A stretch of DNA of 64,000 nt from Planktothrix sp. GU0601_MAG3. Lineage in GTDB: Bacteria > Cyanobacteriota > Cyanobacteriia > Cyanobacteriales > Microcoleaceae. The notes under the pieces were generated by a model that saw nothing but the letters and a program-made list of their open reading frames with translations, ran no database searches and was not told the DNA's origin. Location: positions 2,964,578 through 3,028,577 of the forward strand of contig CP136572.1 of NCBI GenBank assembly GCA_035193785.1. The letters are read 5' to 3'. Shown piece after piece: positions 24,507 through 36,057 of this stretch. The position numbers and the translations under genes are program-made. Position 1 is the stretch's first letter; each line of letters opens with the position of its first letter.

Positions 24507-25364
24507 TTAACCATGAATCCAACCATTCAGAGTAAATCGACCATCAGTAAACTTTTGAGCGGGACAATACACGGGTAAAACTTCATGTTTACAGCGACTA
24601 TCAAAAAATATAATACTGTTATTTCGAGGTTGAATTTGAGTGAATTTTTCTTGAATTATGGAGGATGTTTCTGTGATTTTGGTTTGATATAATCTCAAAT
24701 CTCCACCAAAAAATGGTTGGGGTTGTTGATAAAAATAGTACACATAGGTTAATTTACGATTTGCCGCTTTTCCCCCATCTACATCTTGATGAATTTTATA
24801 ATATCCCCCGTGTAAATGAGCCGTAATTTGGATTTCTAAATACGCCACTAAAAACATTTGTATTTTTAATTGTTCCATCACCTGCGGTCTGGCGGTGAGA
24901 ATTTTATGGGTAATTAATTCATGAAATTCTGTAAAGTGTTCGGGAAGTAAAATATAGGATTGACGATATTGTGATTCCTGATTTATTACTTCCGAGGAAA
25001 AGAAATTATTTTCATTAGTTAGGGTCAGATTTAAAAGTTTTTGACAATCTTCCTCTGAGAAAAAGTTATCAATCTGCACATAATCAGGATTTAGAATAAT
25101 TGCTTCTGATCCTTGAATATTATCATAATTATCAGCAGATAGAATGACTTCTGATGATTTTGAATTAAAATCTTTCTGCTGAGATAATATGCCTATTTCT
25201 AAGACTTTTAATGCTGCATTAAGCCGTTGCTCCTGGGGAACTTCCGGTTGATTAATACTAGATTTTACAATATCTAAGGCTTGGTTTAAAATCTGCTCAA
25301 ACCTGATATGGTAGTCCTGACTTCCTTCTAAATTAGAGAATGTTGGCGATGATGTTTCCGACAT
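24507..25364 (-). CDS. 2OG-Fe(II) oxygenase (prolyl-hydroxylase-like)
   Basis: HQD, GGDL, HEV, R-x-T-x-N-G-W motifs. Confidence 0.85.
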   Translation of the reverse strand: MSETSSPTFSNLEGSQDYHIRFEQILNQALDIVKSSINQPEVPQEQRLNAALKVLEIGILSQQKDFNSKSSEVILSADNYDNIQGSEAIILNPDYVQIDNFFSEEDCQKLLNLTLTNENNFFSSEVINQESQYRQSYILLPEHFTEFHELITHKILTARPQVMEQLKIQMFLVAYLEIQITAHLHGGYYKIHQDVDGGKAANRKLTYVYYFYQQPQPFFGGDLRLYQTKITETSSIIQEKFTQIQPRNNSIIFFDSRCKHEVLPVYCPAQKFTDGRFTLNGWIHG

Positions 25365-25580
25365 AGATTAAAGTTTTGATAGAATGACTAATTAGGGTTG
25401 TTGGGATGAATACCCATTTTCGTCAGTGCTGAAATCAAATAACGAACTGACCTATATTGTACTCGATTTTGTTCCCCCAAGTCCAAAATATTTTTAAATA
25501 GGATTAAACTAAAAACAAGTTAAAACTAAAAATATGCAATACTTAAACACACCAACCCTGAAAATAGAGGAGAAATAACA

Positions 25581-26417
25581 TTGAATACCAAGAGGGAATA
25601 TACCCTAAAAGCCGGGTTTAGTTGTTCCGGTGTGGGATTGCATAGTGGTGTGAACACAACGGTTAGAGTTTTACCAGCAAATATTGGGGAAGGACGCTAT
25701 TTTGTGCGGGTTGATTTACCGGAAACCCCTAAAATTCCGGCTATATTGGAATCAGTATTATCCACAAATTTATCAACGGAATTAGGTGTTTCAAACGCTA
25801 AAATTAGAACCGTTGAACATTTGTTAGCCGCCTTGACGGGAATGGGAATTGATCACGCTAGAATTGAAATTGATGGCCCAGAAGTGCCCTTATTAGATGG
25901 TTCGGCTCAAAATTGGGTAGAGGCGATCGCCAGCGTTGGACGTCAACCCCTCGATAGTCCCTCCCAGGACGTCCCCAATTTTCAAATTACCCAGCCCCTA
26001 TCTGTCCAACAGGGGGACGGGTTTGTCGCCGCCTTTCCCGCATCCGAAACCCGATTTAGCTATGGAATTGATTTTTCGGTTCCAGCCATTGGCAATCAAT
26101 GGTATAGTTACACGGCTGATCCTGAAATCTTTGCCCGGGAAATTGCTCCGGCTCGAACCTTCACCCTAGAAGAACAGGTGGAACAGTTACGCCAATCGGG
26201 ACTGATTAAAGGAGGTAGTCTGGATAATGCGATTGTGTGCGGAAAATCGGGATGGTTAAATCCACCTTTGAGATATGCAAATGAACCCGTGCGTCATAAA
26301 ATTTTAGACTTAGTAGGGGATTTGAGTTTATTGGGTTTTATCCCTCAAGCTCATTACTTAGCATACAAAGCCGGACACCATCTCCATGTTCAACTGGTTC
26401 AGGAAATATCAAAGTAG
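25581..26417 (+). CDS. lpxC: UDP-3-O-acyl-N-acetylglucosamine deacetylase
   Basis: [34 protein letters not shown]. Confidence 0.97.
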   Translation: MNTKREYTLKAGFSCSGVGLHSGVNTTVRVLPANIGEGRYFVRVDLPETPKIPAILESVLSTNLSTELGVSNAKIRTVEHLLAALTGMGIDHARIEIDGPEVPLLDGSAQNWVEAIASVGRQPLDSPSQDVPNFQITQPLSVQQGDGFVAAFPASETRFSYGIDFSVPAIGNQWYSYTADPEIFAREIAPARTFTLEEQVEQLRQSGLIKGGSLDNAIVCGKSGWLNPPLRYANEPVRHKILDLVGDLSLLGFIPQAHYLAYKAGHHLHVQLVQEISK

Positions 26418-26470
26418 TAAGCCCTTTAGGGCTTCTCTCTACCACTAACGCTAACTTAAATTCATCGGAT

Positions 26471-26933
26471 ATGGACGACGCCCCCGTGTTGAACGCTGAA
26501 ACAGTATTGATGATTGAGGAGATTCAAAATTTATTACCCCATCGCTATCCCTTTGCCTTGGTGGATCGAATTATTGAATATATCCCCGGGAAAAAGGCCG
26601 TGGGCCTCAAAAATGTCACCATTAACGAACCCCATTTTCAAGGTCACTTCCCCGGACGTCCGATTATGCCTGGGGTCTTGATTGTGGAAGCCATGGCCCA
26701 GGTGGGCGGAGTGGTTTTAACTCAACTTCCTGATTTGAAGGGTAGTTTGTTTTTATTTGCCGGAATTGATAAAGTCCGATTCCGTCGTCCCGTAGTTTCC
26801 TGGGGATCAATTGATCATGACCACGGAATTATTGGTCGTGAAACAACGGCGTTTTGGTAAAATGCAAGCTCGCGCCGAAGTCGATGGTAAACTGGCCTGT
26901 GAAGGGGAACTAATGTTCTCCCTTGTGGACTGA
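26471..26933 (+). CDS. fabZ: 3-hydroxyacyl-ACP dehydratase (apparent frameshift at 26795-26799)
   Basis: [39 protein letters not shown]...ELMFSLVD restored by removing one T. Confidence 0.95.
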
Positions 26934-26973
26934 ATTCTTATACCTTATTAGGTTTTAACCCATTTTAATTTCT

Positions 26974-27789
26974 ATGACGACCTTAATTCACCCCACTGCT
27001 GTAATTCATCCTGGTGCAGAACTCCATCCGACGGTTCAAGTTGGTGCTTATGCCGTGATTGGGGAATATGTTAAGGTCGGTGCGGATACGGTAATTGATT
27101 CCCATGTTGTGATTCATGGCCGCACGGAAATTGGCGATCGCAATCAAATTTTTCCCGGGGCGGTGATTGGTTCCGAACCTCAAGATCTCAAATATGATGG
27201 TTCTTTAAGTTTAGTGAAAATTGGTCACGACAATCTGATTCGGGAATATGTCACGATTAATCGGGCCACCAATGCCGGGGACGCGACGATTATTGGGAAT
27301 CAAAATCTATTGATGGCCTATGTTCATGTTGCCCATAATTGCGTGATTGAAGATCAGGTGGTAATTGCCAATTCCGTCGCCTTAGCAGGTCATGTTTATA
27401 TTGAATCAAAAGCTCGATTAAGTGGGGTTTTAGGGGTACATCAATTCGTGCATATTGGGCAATTAGCTATGATTGGCGGGATGACCCGAATTGATCGAGA
27501 TGTGCCTCCGTTTGTGTTAGTTGAGGGGAATCCTTCTCGGGTGCGATCGCTTAATTTAGTCGGGTTAAAACGGGCTGGATTTAGTTCGGAGGATTTTTCT
27601 TTATTAAAGAAAGCCTTTCGCTTATTATATCGTTCTGAATATTCTTTTACCCAAGGATTAGAACAGTTAGATTTATTACCTGATCACGCGGCAATTCAAC
27701 ATTTACGCCAGTTTATTAAACGTTCTCAAACCGATCCCGGACGTCGGGGAATGACTCCCGGGGGAAAACGCAAAACCACGGAAGATTAA
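26974..27789 (+). CDS. lpxA: UDP-N-acetylglucosamine acyltransferase
   Basis: IHPTAVI hexapeptide repeats, PQDLKY, IREYVTINRAT, HVAHNC. Confidence 0.97.
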   Translation: MTTLIHPTAVIHPGAELHPTVQVGAYAVIGEYVKVGADTVIDSHVVIHGRTEIGDRNQIFPGAVIGSEPQDLKYDGSLSLVKIGHDNLIREYVTINRATNAGDATIIGNQNLLMAYVHVAHNCVIEDQVVIANSVALAGHVYIESKARLSGVLGVHQFVHIGQLAMIGGMTRIDRDVPPFVLVEGNPSRVRSLNLVGLKRAGFSSEDFSLLKKAFRLLYRSEYSFTQGLEQLDLLPDHAAIQHLRQFIKRSQTDPGRRGMTPGGKRKTTED

Positions 27790-27892
27790 GCAGGATTTTA
27801 GATGATTTTGGGGGGTGAATGATTGATGGTCATGGATTTAAAAACACTCTATATACCCTGGAGCAATTACTTGATATTAATTGGTTTCCGGT

Positions 27893-29356
27893 TTAGATTT
27901 TATTGACAAAGTGATCCTGTAATAAACGGTTAATAAAACGATAGCGATCATCGGTTCTTTGTAATAATAATTTATCCGTAGCATCATTCAAAAACCGTTG
28001 ATAATTCCAAGGAATATTGCCATCTTTCCAAAGAATCCATCGGATGACAAATTGTTCTATCTTTTGCCTAAAACCAGATTTTTCTAATAAAAATGCCCAT
28101 AATAATCCCAATCCTATTCCGGTAATTAATAGCAAATTTATTTTAGTAATAATTCCCGCAATAATTATCCCGATCACGATCACCCAAATTAAACCTAAAA
28201 TTAACTTTAATATCAATTTGTAACGGGGTTTTTGTTGATTTTCATCTAACCAATGAATCGGTATTTTTTTAACTGAAAATTCTGTGACTTCATCGGCTTT
28301 AAGTCGAGTTGCTAACCATCCTAACCATCGTCTAAAACCTTCTGATTTAGGAGCTTTTCCCGGGAGATATTGGGATTTATGAATATCCTGATTTAGTTGA
28401 CGACGAATATAGGCATTAAATAAATAATCACGTTGTTCCTCAAAGGAATTAAGATGTTTCCAAGACATGATTAAAATTTCTTCATAAGCTAAGGTCATCA
28501 TAGTTAAATATAGCGGTATTTTCGCTAAATTTAATAAGGGTTTATCCGTTTCAATATTCTGCCAAAGTTCTCGACTGCGAGAATTAATCAAATAATCTTG
28601 AATTTGTGGAATCGTTAGGGGACGTAAAAAAATAGCCCCATTCAAATCTAAGCGTTCTGGAAGTTTTTGATAATTAATAATATTAGCACAAATCACCAAA
28701 TGCAGAGGCGAAATATCCCCATTCACAAGCTGATTAATTTGTCTAACACATTCAACCTGTCTATTTAAAGAAAGTTGATCCAATCCATCTATTAACGGTA
28801 AAATTTGAAGCTGTTGTATCCAATTTTGCCCCACGGAAATAGAAATTTCATACTTAATATAAAGTTGTTCTAAAATCCAATCTATTATCGGTTGAGCGGG
28901 ATTCTTCCAAGTTGATAAATCCAGTAAAACCGGGATAGGTTCCTCCATATCGGTTTGAGCGCGACTAACTAATACTTTAGTTAATCCGATCAAGGTTGTT
29001 GTTTTTCCCGAACCGGTCGCACCTAAAATTAATAATCTGCCATTTAAACGATCAAAAACCTGAATAATTCCCGTATCATTTGTTAAACGAACACTCGGAT
29101 GATGACTTACTTTTAATTCCACATCCCAGATGCGTCGCATTTTTAATGGGGGCGTTTCTTGAGCCAAATAAGTTAGTACCGCTCGATGTAACGATTGTAA
29201 GCGATACTGTCTCACTTCATTTTGGACTTGAAGCAATAATTTTTGACGATTGTGTAATTGAATCTGGGAAGCAGTCAATTGTGGCATTGAAGATTTAGAA
29301 TGAGTGAAAAACCGTAATCTACCCGTTTCCGTGAAAATATCACCAGTATATAGCAA
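27893..29356 (-). CDS. NACHT-domain NTPase with C-terminal TM segments (start possibly at MPQL, ~29287)
   Basis: LILGATGSGKTT, LPLIDGLDQ, IPWNYQRFL...YRFINRLLQDHF. Confidence 0.85.
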   Translation of the reverse strand: MLYTGDIFTETGRLRFFTHSKSSMPQLTASQIQLHNRQKLLLQVQNEVRQYRLQSLHRAVLTYLAQETPPLKMRRIWDVELKVSHHPSVRLTNDTGIIQVFDRLNGRLLILGATGSGKTTTLIGLTKVLVSRAQTDMEEPIPVLLDLSTWKNPAQPIIDWILEQLYIKYEISISVGQNWIQQLQILPLIDGLDQLSLNRQVECVRQINQLVNGDISPLHLVICANIINYQKLPERLDLNGAIFLRPLTIPQIQDYLINSRSRELWQNIETDKPLLNLAKIPLYLTMMTLAYEEILIMSWKHLNSFEEQRDYLFNAYIRRQLNQDIHKSQYLPGKAPKSEGFRRWLGWLATRLKADEVTEFSVKKIPIHWLDENQQKPRYKLILKLILGLIWVIVIGIIIAGIITKINLLLITGIGLGLLWAFLLEKSGFRQKIEQFVIRWILWKDGNIPWNYQRFLNDATDKLLLQRTDDRYRFINRLLQDHFVNKI

Positions 29357-29440
29357 TCCTAAATTCTCTGCAAAAAAAACCGTAGGAATTTTGTCTTCAA
29401 ACCCCTACAATAAAACAGTCTAAAGCTGTATAAGTAGTCT

Positions 29441-29496
29441 GGACAGGCCCTTCGACAAAGCTCAGGACAGGCCCTTCGACAAGGCTCAGGACAGGC
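29441..29496 (+). repeat. Tandem 24-bp repeat GGACAGGCCCTTCGACAA(A/G)GCTCA; related inverted copy at ~6233-6258
   Basis: Read directly from the sequence. Confidence 0.8.
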
Positions 29497-29518
29497 ATTT
29501 GATCATTGATTTAAACAG

Positions 29519-30572
29519 ATGGAAATGGATATTTCACAACCGCCAATTTTAAACACTCCAGAATCTCAATATGGAGATTTGATTTTTGATTCCCACACCT
29601 TAGCTATTTCAATTGTTGTACCTGTTTACAATGAAGTAGAAAGTTTACCCCGATTGATCGAAGCGATTGATACAAATATGGCCTATTTGGGTTTAACTTA
29701 TGAATTGATCTGTGTCGATGATGGGTCAAGCGATGGGTCAACAGAAACTCCTGAAACAGCAAGCCGCAATTAATCCCCATCTCAAAGCCATCCTTCTCCG
29801 GCGCAATTATGGTCAGACCGCAGCCATGGCGGCGGGGTTTAAGCATTCCCAGGGTCAGGTGATTATTACCCTAGATGGCGATTTACAAAACGATCCCCAG
29901 GATATTGCACTCCTGCTGAGGGAATTGGGTAAGGGGTATGATGTGGTCAGTGGTTGGCGGAAAAATCGACAAGATGCCAAATTTAGCCGATTACTTCCCT
30001 CCCGAATGGCTAACTGGCTGATTAGCAAAATGACCGGGGTGCAGTTACATGACTATGGGTGTTCCCTCAAGGCCTACCGGACGGAATTGGTCGCCGATAT
30101 GAATCTCTATGGAGAATTACACCGATTTTTACCCGCTTTAGCATTTATTGAGGGGGCAAAAATTACCGAAATTCCGGTTAACCATCATGCTCGTCGTTTT
30201 GGTCAGAGTAAGTATGGTTTAGATCGCACTTTCCGAGTCGTGATGGATCTGTTAACCATTTCTTTTATCAAAAAATTCCTAACTCGACCCATGCACGTTT
30301 TTGGTCTGTTAGGAATATTAGCCTTTGCGATTGGAATGGTTGTGGGTGCTTATTTGAGTTTTATTCGCCTGGTCTGGGGCCAAGAGATTGCCGATCGTCC
30401 CTTACTCACCCTAGCGGTGCTTATGACCCTGACCGGAATTCAACTTTTTTGCTTTGGTCTATTGGCGGAACTCTCAATGCGAACCTATCACGAATCCCAA
30501 GATCGGCCGATCTATCGAGTTCGGGAAGTGATCGAAGCTAACGGTAACAAAAATAACTCAAAAACCCATTAA
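29519..30572 (+). CDS. Glycosyltransferase family 2, DPM1/ArnC-like (apparent frameshift at 29744-29748)
   Basis: SIVVPVYNE, VDDGSSDGS, RRNYGQTAA, DGDLQNDP, GELHRFLP, two C-terminal TM helices. Confidence 0.92.
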
Positions 30573-30973
30573 TCCTCTAAACTGCGGATGGCACTGTTGA
30601 CGGGAAAGACTTTGCACATCATATATTCGGGGTGAAAAGTTGAGGACGGGTGACAAACTAACGAGGAGGACGGAGTTTCCACAGGATTGTTTTGAGGTTG
30701 AATACACACAGCCACCTGTCCAACTCCAATCATTAAGGTTTGGATTCCTTCAAGAATTTGATCAAGATCCGCCAATAATGTTTCCGCCAGAAATAAGGAA
30801 GGGGTAACAATAAAAAAGGTTTTGACTCCGGTGGGACTAGGAGCAAAACCAAAGCTACACTCAGAAAGTTGAGACTGGTTTGAAGCAGGGAGGGCGTCAC
30901 AGAAACGTTTAATTAACGCCTGATGCAAAGATTGACTTAGCGCACGATCATCAGATATCGGTTGGGGTAACAT
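30569..30973 (-). CDS. Hypothetical protein
   Basis: 134-aa ORF with ATG and AAGGA RBS. Confidence 0.6.
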   Translation of the reverse strand: MLPQPISDDRALSQSLHQALIKRFCDALPASNQSQLSECSFGFAPSPTGVKTFFIVTPSLFLAETLLADLDQILEGIQTLMIGVGQVAVCIQPQNNPVETPSSSLVCHPSSTFHPEYMMCKVFPVNSAIRSLED

Positions 30974-30986
30974 GATTCGTCCTTAC

Positions 30987-31148
30987 CAAAAAATTCGGTA
31001 TAAAGCTCCGTCTTTTGGGGAAGCAGGGGGGCAGGGGGAGCAGGGGGGCAGGGGGGCAGGGGGAGCGTCCTCGCTTGCGGAATATCACCCATTACCTAAA
31101 ACCCATTACCTAAAACCCATTACCTAAAACCCACTTACGACGGCTTTT
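30987..31148 (+). mobile_element. IS200/IS605-type left-end relic whose hairpin loop is occupied by G-rich and 14-mer tandem repeats
   Basis: TTAC|CAAAAAATTCGGTATAAAGCTCCGTCTTTT...GACGGCTTT resembles the left end at 43530 (CAAAAAATTGGGTCTGAAACCCCGTCCTTTTAAGACGGCTTT). Confidence 0.55.
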
Positions 31149-31285
31149 TAAGATTTACCTATTATTTACTATACCCCCTAGTTTAACATTAACTAATTTT
31201 CCATTGGTTTAAATTTTTAATCAGATTCATAAGCAAACCCCGGGGTAATTTCAGCAATTCCCCCTATAACCAGCAGACCTAACAA

Positions 31286-31483
31286 TTAATTGCGGATGCT
31301 TTCCACCGGGGTATCAATCGTTTTAGCTTTTTTAAAGGTCAATAATCCTAACCCAGCCAAAACTAAACCCAAAATTGCCACCACCACAATAAAGATTTTT
31401 TTGGTTTTCATCGTTGCTGCTTCGTATTGCAACAACATTTCCTGTTTAATTTTTTTCTCTTGTTCCGAAGGTTCTGGATTCAT
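31286..31483 (-). CDS. Small single-TM hypothetical protein
   Basis: 65 aa with one hydrophobic helix, downstream of leuA. Confidence 0.55.
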   Translation of the reverse strand: MNPEPSEQEKKIKQEMLLQYEAATMKTKKIFIVVVAILGLVLAGLGLLTFKKAKTIDTPVESIRN

Positions 31484-31544
31484 TAAATTTAGGATTATGG
31501 GTTGAAAGTTGACGGTTAAATATTAACCGCCAACTTCCTTCTAA

Positions 31545-33164
31545 TTAATTCACCGAACTTTGTACAATCTCTTGAGACGGTTGCACACTCTGGGTCTGCA
31601 TGGAAGCAAACAAACGATTCAGGGCATTCAAATAGGCCTGGGCCGAGGCCACAATAATATCGGTATTAGCCGCATGACCGGAAAACACCCGGTCTTGATG
31701 ACGTAACCGAATCGTCACCTCTCCAATGGCATCAATTCCCGCCGTCACCGACTGCACAGAAAACTCAATTAACTCATTGGGTACATGGGTAACTCGGTTA
31801 ATCGCCTGATACACCGCATCCACCGGGCCAGTCCCAATCGCGGCATCGGTTAATTCCTGACCATCGGGGGTGCGGACTGTAACCGTGGCCGTGGGGCGGG
31901 CTTGATTTCCACAGGACACCTGGACAAATTCCAAATGGAATAATTCCGGGGTCTGTTGAATTTCATCCTTAACAATGGCTTCCAAATCCCAATCGGTGAT
32001 TTCTTTTTTCTTATCCGCCAATTCCTTAAACCGGACAAATGCCTTATTCACCTCCGGGTCGGTTAACTCAAATCCCAACTCCCGCATCCGAGATTGAAAC
32101 GCATGGCGCCCGGAATGTTTCCCCAAAACAATCAGGTTATCATTCAACCCAATCGATTGAGCATCCATGATTTCATAGGTGCGTTTATGCTTTAAGATCC
32201 CATCTTGATGAATTCCTGACTCATGGGCAAAGGCATTCGCCCCGACAATGGCTTTATTGGGTTGGACTAACATCCCCGTCAAGTTAGACACCAAGCGAGA
32301 GGTTTTATAAATTTGGCGGGTGTCAATATTGGTCAAGGAGGCTTCTGATTCTGGATCTCGACCCAAAAAAGGATTAAAATATTGCCGACGGACGTGCAAG
32401 GCCATTACCAGTTCTTCTAAGGCGGCATTTCCCGCCCGTTCTCCGATGCCATTAATCGTACATTCCAACTGCCGCGCCCCATTTTTCACCGCTTCTAAGA
32501 AGTTAGCCACGGCCAAACCCAAATCATTATGGCCATGGACGGAAATAATTGCTTGGTCGATATTGGGGACATTTTCTTTAATGCCTTTAATGATCGCCCC
32601 AAATTCCGCCGGGGTGGTATAACCGACGGTATCGGGTATATTAACCGTGGTGGCTCCGGCTGCGATCGCCCGCTCCAAAACTTGATACAAAAATTCCGGG
32701 TCAGAGCGTCCCGCATCTTCGGGGGAAAACTCGATATCATCGACAAAGGATTTGGCATAGGCGACCATTTCTGAGGTAATGTCTAAGACCTCAGAGCGGG
32801 TTTTCTTCAATTTATATTGCAAATGGATATCGCTGGTGGCAATAAAAGTATGAATCCGACGATGGACAGCCGGGGAAACTGCCTTAGCCGCCGCTTCAAT
32901 ATCCCCTTTCACAGAGCGGGCCAAACTACAAATTACCGGGCCATCTTCTGTCCCGACGGTTTCAGCAATGCGAGAAACGGCATCAAAATCCCCATGACTG
33001 GCGATCGCAAATCCCGCCTCGATCACATCCACCCCCAAACGGGCTAATTGTTTAGCAATTACCAACTTCTCATCCACATTCAGGGTAGCCCCAGGACACT
33101 GTTCGCCATCGCGCAAAGTCGTATCAAAAATAATAATTCGGTCGGGGTTAGGTTGAAATTTCAT
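31545..33164 (-). CDS. leuA: 2-isopropylmalate synthase
   Basis: [37 protein letters not shown]-terminal regulatory domain. Confidence 0.97.
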   Translation of the reverse strand: MKFQPNPDRIIIFDTTLRDGEQCPGATLNVDEKLVIAKQLARLGVDVIEAGFAIASHGDFDAVSRIAETVGTEDGPVICSLARSVKGDIEAAAKAVSPAVHRRIHTFIATSDIHLQYKLKKTRSEVLDITSEMVAYAKSFVDDIEFSPEDAGRSDPEFLYQVLERAIAAGATTVNIPDTVGYTTPAEFGAIIKGIKENVPNIDQAIISVHGHNDLGLAVANFLEAVKNGARQLECTINGIGERAGNAALEELVMALHVRRQYFNPFLGRDPESEASLTNIDTRQIYKTSRLVSNLTGMLVQPNKAIVGANAFAHESGIHQDGILKHKRTYEIMDAQSIGLNDNLIVLGKHSGRHAFQSRMRELGFELTDPEVNKAFVRFKELADKKKEITDWDLEAIVKDEIQQTPELFHLEFVQVSCGNQARPTATVTVRTPDGQELTDAAIGTGPVDAVYQAINRVTHVPNELIEFSVQSVTAGIDAIGEVTIRLRHQDRVFSGHAANTDIIVASAQAYLNALNRLFASMQTQSVQPSQEIVQSSVN

Positions 33165-33265
33165 AAGAGAAAATCTCCTTGTCAGATTACTCGTACAGAC
33201 GCCCTAGGGCATCATCTCTACACTGTTACAGACGCGCCATGGCACGTCTCTACACTGATAACTGA

Positions 33266-33788
33266 TTAATAGTCCGTTTTTTCAATCTGTTCTCGAATAT
33301 CGTTGAGATCGATATAGCGATCGGTGGCATTACGCAGTTTCTCTGGCGATCATCCCTTCTGTAGAAACCACGGTAATATGAGTATTTTTAGATCGTAACA
33401 GTTCAATCGCTCGTTCAAAATCCCCATCTCCACTAAATAGAACGACCCGATCATATTGTTCTACCGTATTAAACATATCTACAACAATTTCAATATCTAA
33501 ATTCGCTTTTTGGGAATAGCGACCGGAACTATCATCATAGTATTCTTTGAGAATTTTAGTGCGAACCGTATAACCTAGACTGATCAGAGCATCTCGGAAT
33601 CCTCGTTGATCTTGGGGGTCTTTGAGTCCTGTATACCAAAAGGCATTGACTAGGGTGATATCCACTTGTTCTGTTTTGAAATAGGTCAAAACCCTTCGGG
33701 GATCAAAAAACCAACCATTTTTTTGTTGAGCATAGAACATATTGTTACCGTCCACAAAAATAGAAAGACGGTTTTTTACGTTAGGCAT
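33266..33788 (-). CDS. labA: LabA/DUF88 NYN-domain protein (apparent frameshift at 33337-33341)
   Basis: FVDGNNMFYAQQ, SQKANLDIEIVVDM, SGDGDF; ARELRNATDRYIDL restored by removing one base. Confidence 0.85.
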
Positions 33789-34148
33789 AGAAAATTAAGA
33801 CCTAATATTTGTAGAAATGAATTTAATCTAAATATTCTATCTTAACATCCATAATCAAATAAAGTATAGGCCTCAACAAAAGGCTGTTGTCTCGCCATAA
33901 ATATTTTATTCGATAGATGTAAAGATATAATTTGATCCTACTGCATTAATTTGGCAGTTAACACTAATATATCTTGGTGATTCATATAATTTTATGCTTA
34001 TAAAATATCATATATGATTATCTTTAATTATAGGTTTAACGAAAATTTACAATACTCTCGGGAGTTCTGGGAAAAGCCATGGAAAACAATAAAAGTCCCA
34101 ATCCCTGATGGAGCAACTCATCCGACATTTTTCTAATGACCGACTCAG

Positions 34149-34796
34149 CTAGAATTTTTTGCTTTCCAGTGCCCATCGGGCTAGTTCTGTGCGATTATGA
34201 AGGCCGGTTTTTCCCAACATATTACTGACATGGCTTTCAATGGTGCGTTGACTGACTTTCATAATCCGAGCAATATCACGGTTTGCTAAACCTTGGGTGA
34301 CTAGGCGAACAACCCTTAATTCCGTCGGGGTGAGTTGTACATTTCGACGCACTCGCAGTTTAGGGCCACTATTATCCAAATTAGAACTTGGGCTGTTGGT
34401 TAAACGAGCAGCTTGGCGCAGGGAGGACTCCACCTGAGCGACCAATTCTTCCGGTTCAAAAGGTTTGACAATGTAGACATCGGCTCCGGTATTTAAGCCT
34501 TTAACTTTATCCTGACTTTGACCTTTAGCCGATAAAAACAGAACAGGAATCCATCCGGTGCGGGGGTCTTCTCGAATTTTTTTCACCAGACTGTAACCAT
34601 CCATTTCTGGCATCATAATATCGCAAATTATCAGATCAGGAAGTTCATCTTCGAGAATCTCCAGCGCAATCACACCGTTTTCTGCCGTGACCACATCATA
34701 TCCCCTAAACTCCAAATAATCCCTGACCAATAAAATTAGGTTAGGGTCATCATCCACAAGCATGAGTCGTTTTTGATCTCCGTTCCTATCCTTCAT
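34149..34796 (-). CDS. NarL/LuxR-family response regulator (Ycf29/Rre1-like)
   Basis: Receiver LVDDD...CDIMMP plus LuxR HTH LTPTE...SQRTIESHVSNML. Confidence 0.9.
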   Translation of the reverse strand: MKDRNGDQKRLMLVDDDPNLILLVRDYLEFRGYDVVTAENGVIALEILEDELPDLIICDIMMPEMDGYSLVKKIREDPRTGWIPVLFLSAKGQSQDKVKGLNTGADVYIVKPFEPEELVAQVESSLRQAARLTNSPSSNLDNSGPKLRVRRNVQLTPTELRVVRLVTQGLANRDIARIMKVSQRTIESHVSNMLGKTGLHNRTELARWALESKKF

Positions 34797-35114
34797 CTTA
34801 AAACCTTTTTCAATGGAGAATCCTGCAATAATATTAAGGTCAATTTTTGATATGGGGTTCGGCGATATCTCTTTCGAGGTTGATTTGCATGAACAGCCTT
34901 GACCAAAATATAGATATACCCGTAAGTCTAAGAGATGACACTAACAATTTACCCAATGTCAATCATACCCGAAACAGGTTCTACTTAGATTAAAAATACT
35001 TAATCAAAAAAACTGTTAAGTTTTAATCAAAAAAGCCATTACAAAAATGGAAAAAGAAGCCTGCGGTCTGACGGTACAACCTTGACCTTCAGGTTCGTTT
35101 ACCAGATCTATTTC

Positions 35115-35576
35115 CTAATCCCTAACCGACTCCGGGATAGGGGAAAAACAATTAGGCAGAGGATGGGTTAAAAACTCATACTCCCGAACCACTTGAGAAC
35201 CCAAAATATGTTCTTGAAGAATCCGTTCAATCACCTCCGGTGTTGCGGAATGATACCAAACCCCATCGGGATAAACTACTAAAATAGGGCCATGAGTACA
35301 AACACGCAGACAATTTGTTTTGGTTCTAAAGGTACAACTGGGTTTATCCTGAGTCACTTGATCCAGTTTTAACTCAGTTAAGCGTTTTTTTAAATAGTCC
35401 CACGCCTCTAAACTTTTCTCTTTGGAGCAACAGAGGGGTTTAGTCTGATCCGCACAAATAAAAATATGACGCTCAATTTTATCTAATCCCAAGGTCTGAA
35501 CCTTATTAGCCAGATCTACAGCCCTTAAACTAGACTCAGAGGAAGTAATGCCCGCAGATTCCGATGAAGATGACAT
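35115..35576 (-). CDS. Thioredoxin-like [2Fe-2S] ferredoxin
   Basis: RHIFICADQTKPLCC, CLRVC, GPILVVYPDGVWY. Confidence 0.85.
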   Translation of the reverse strand: MSSSSESAGITSSESSLRAVDLANKVQTLGLDKIERHIFICADQTKPLCCSKEKSLEAWDYLKKRLTELKLDQVTQDKPSCTFRTKTNCLRVCTHGPILVVYPDGVWYHSATPEVIERILQEHILGSQVVREYEFLTHPLPNCFSPIPESVRD

Positions 35577-35761
35577 AAAATTACGCAGTTTGATCAAATA
35601 AGCCTTAAAACTCTATGCTAACAGTTTTTGAAGCATACAGGTGTTAGCTGTTGATGTGTTGACGAGGGAGTTGATCAAAGTTGGGCTGCATCGCCGGAAA
35701 AATCGGTATTTAGAGACGCGCCGTGGCACGTCTCTACAATAATTACCGTTACCACTATCGA

Positions 35762-35903
35762 CCCCCGCCTCCCCTACCTCCCCCTGCTCCCCCTACTCCC
35801 CCTGCCTCCCCTGCCTCCCCTGCCTCCCCTGCCCCCCTACCTCCCCTGCTCCCCCTGCTCCCCCTGCCTCCCCTGCCCCCCCTGCTCCCCCACCTCCCCC
35901 GCC
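35762..35903 (+). repeat. C-rich ~9-bp tandem repeat (CCTCCCCTG/CTCCCCCTG)
   Basis: Read directly; complementary family at 31023-31066. Confidence 0.9.
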
Positions 35904-35908
35904 CTCTT

Positions 35909-35924
35909 GTTCGGGAACCCGTAC
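35909..35924 (+). promoter_or_regulatory. K-box upstream of groESL
   Basis: GTTCGG-GAAC-CCGTAC matches the cyanobacterial K-box GTTCGG-NNAN-CCNNAC. Confidence 0.85.
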
Positions 35925-35963
35925 AAATTAGACTGTTGCAATGGGGAGGCTTTTTTCGGTAAA

Positions 35964-35990
35964 TTAGCACTCAGGAATCGAGAGTGCTAA
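35964..35990 (+). promoter_or_regulatory. CIRCE operator (HrcA site) overlapping the groESL promoter (TTGCAA 35936 / TAAATT 35960)
   Basis: Perfect TTAGCACTC-N9-GAGTGCTAA. Confidence 0.97.
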
Positions 35991-36057
35991 TTTGAATTCC
36001 CGACAGGAAATCATAAAGCTCCGATCGCCGAATATTCTGTAAAGTGGAGGCTAATAA

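Noticed and set aside
35723..35970. Pro-rich and Gly/Arg-rich ORFs
   Set aside because: Translations of the C-rich repeat overlapping the groESL promoter.
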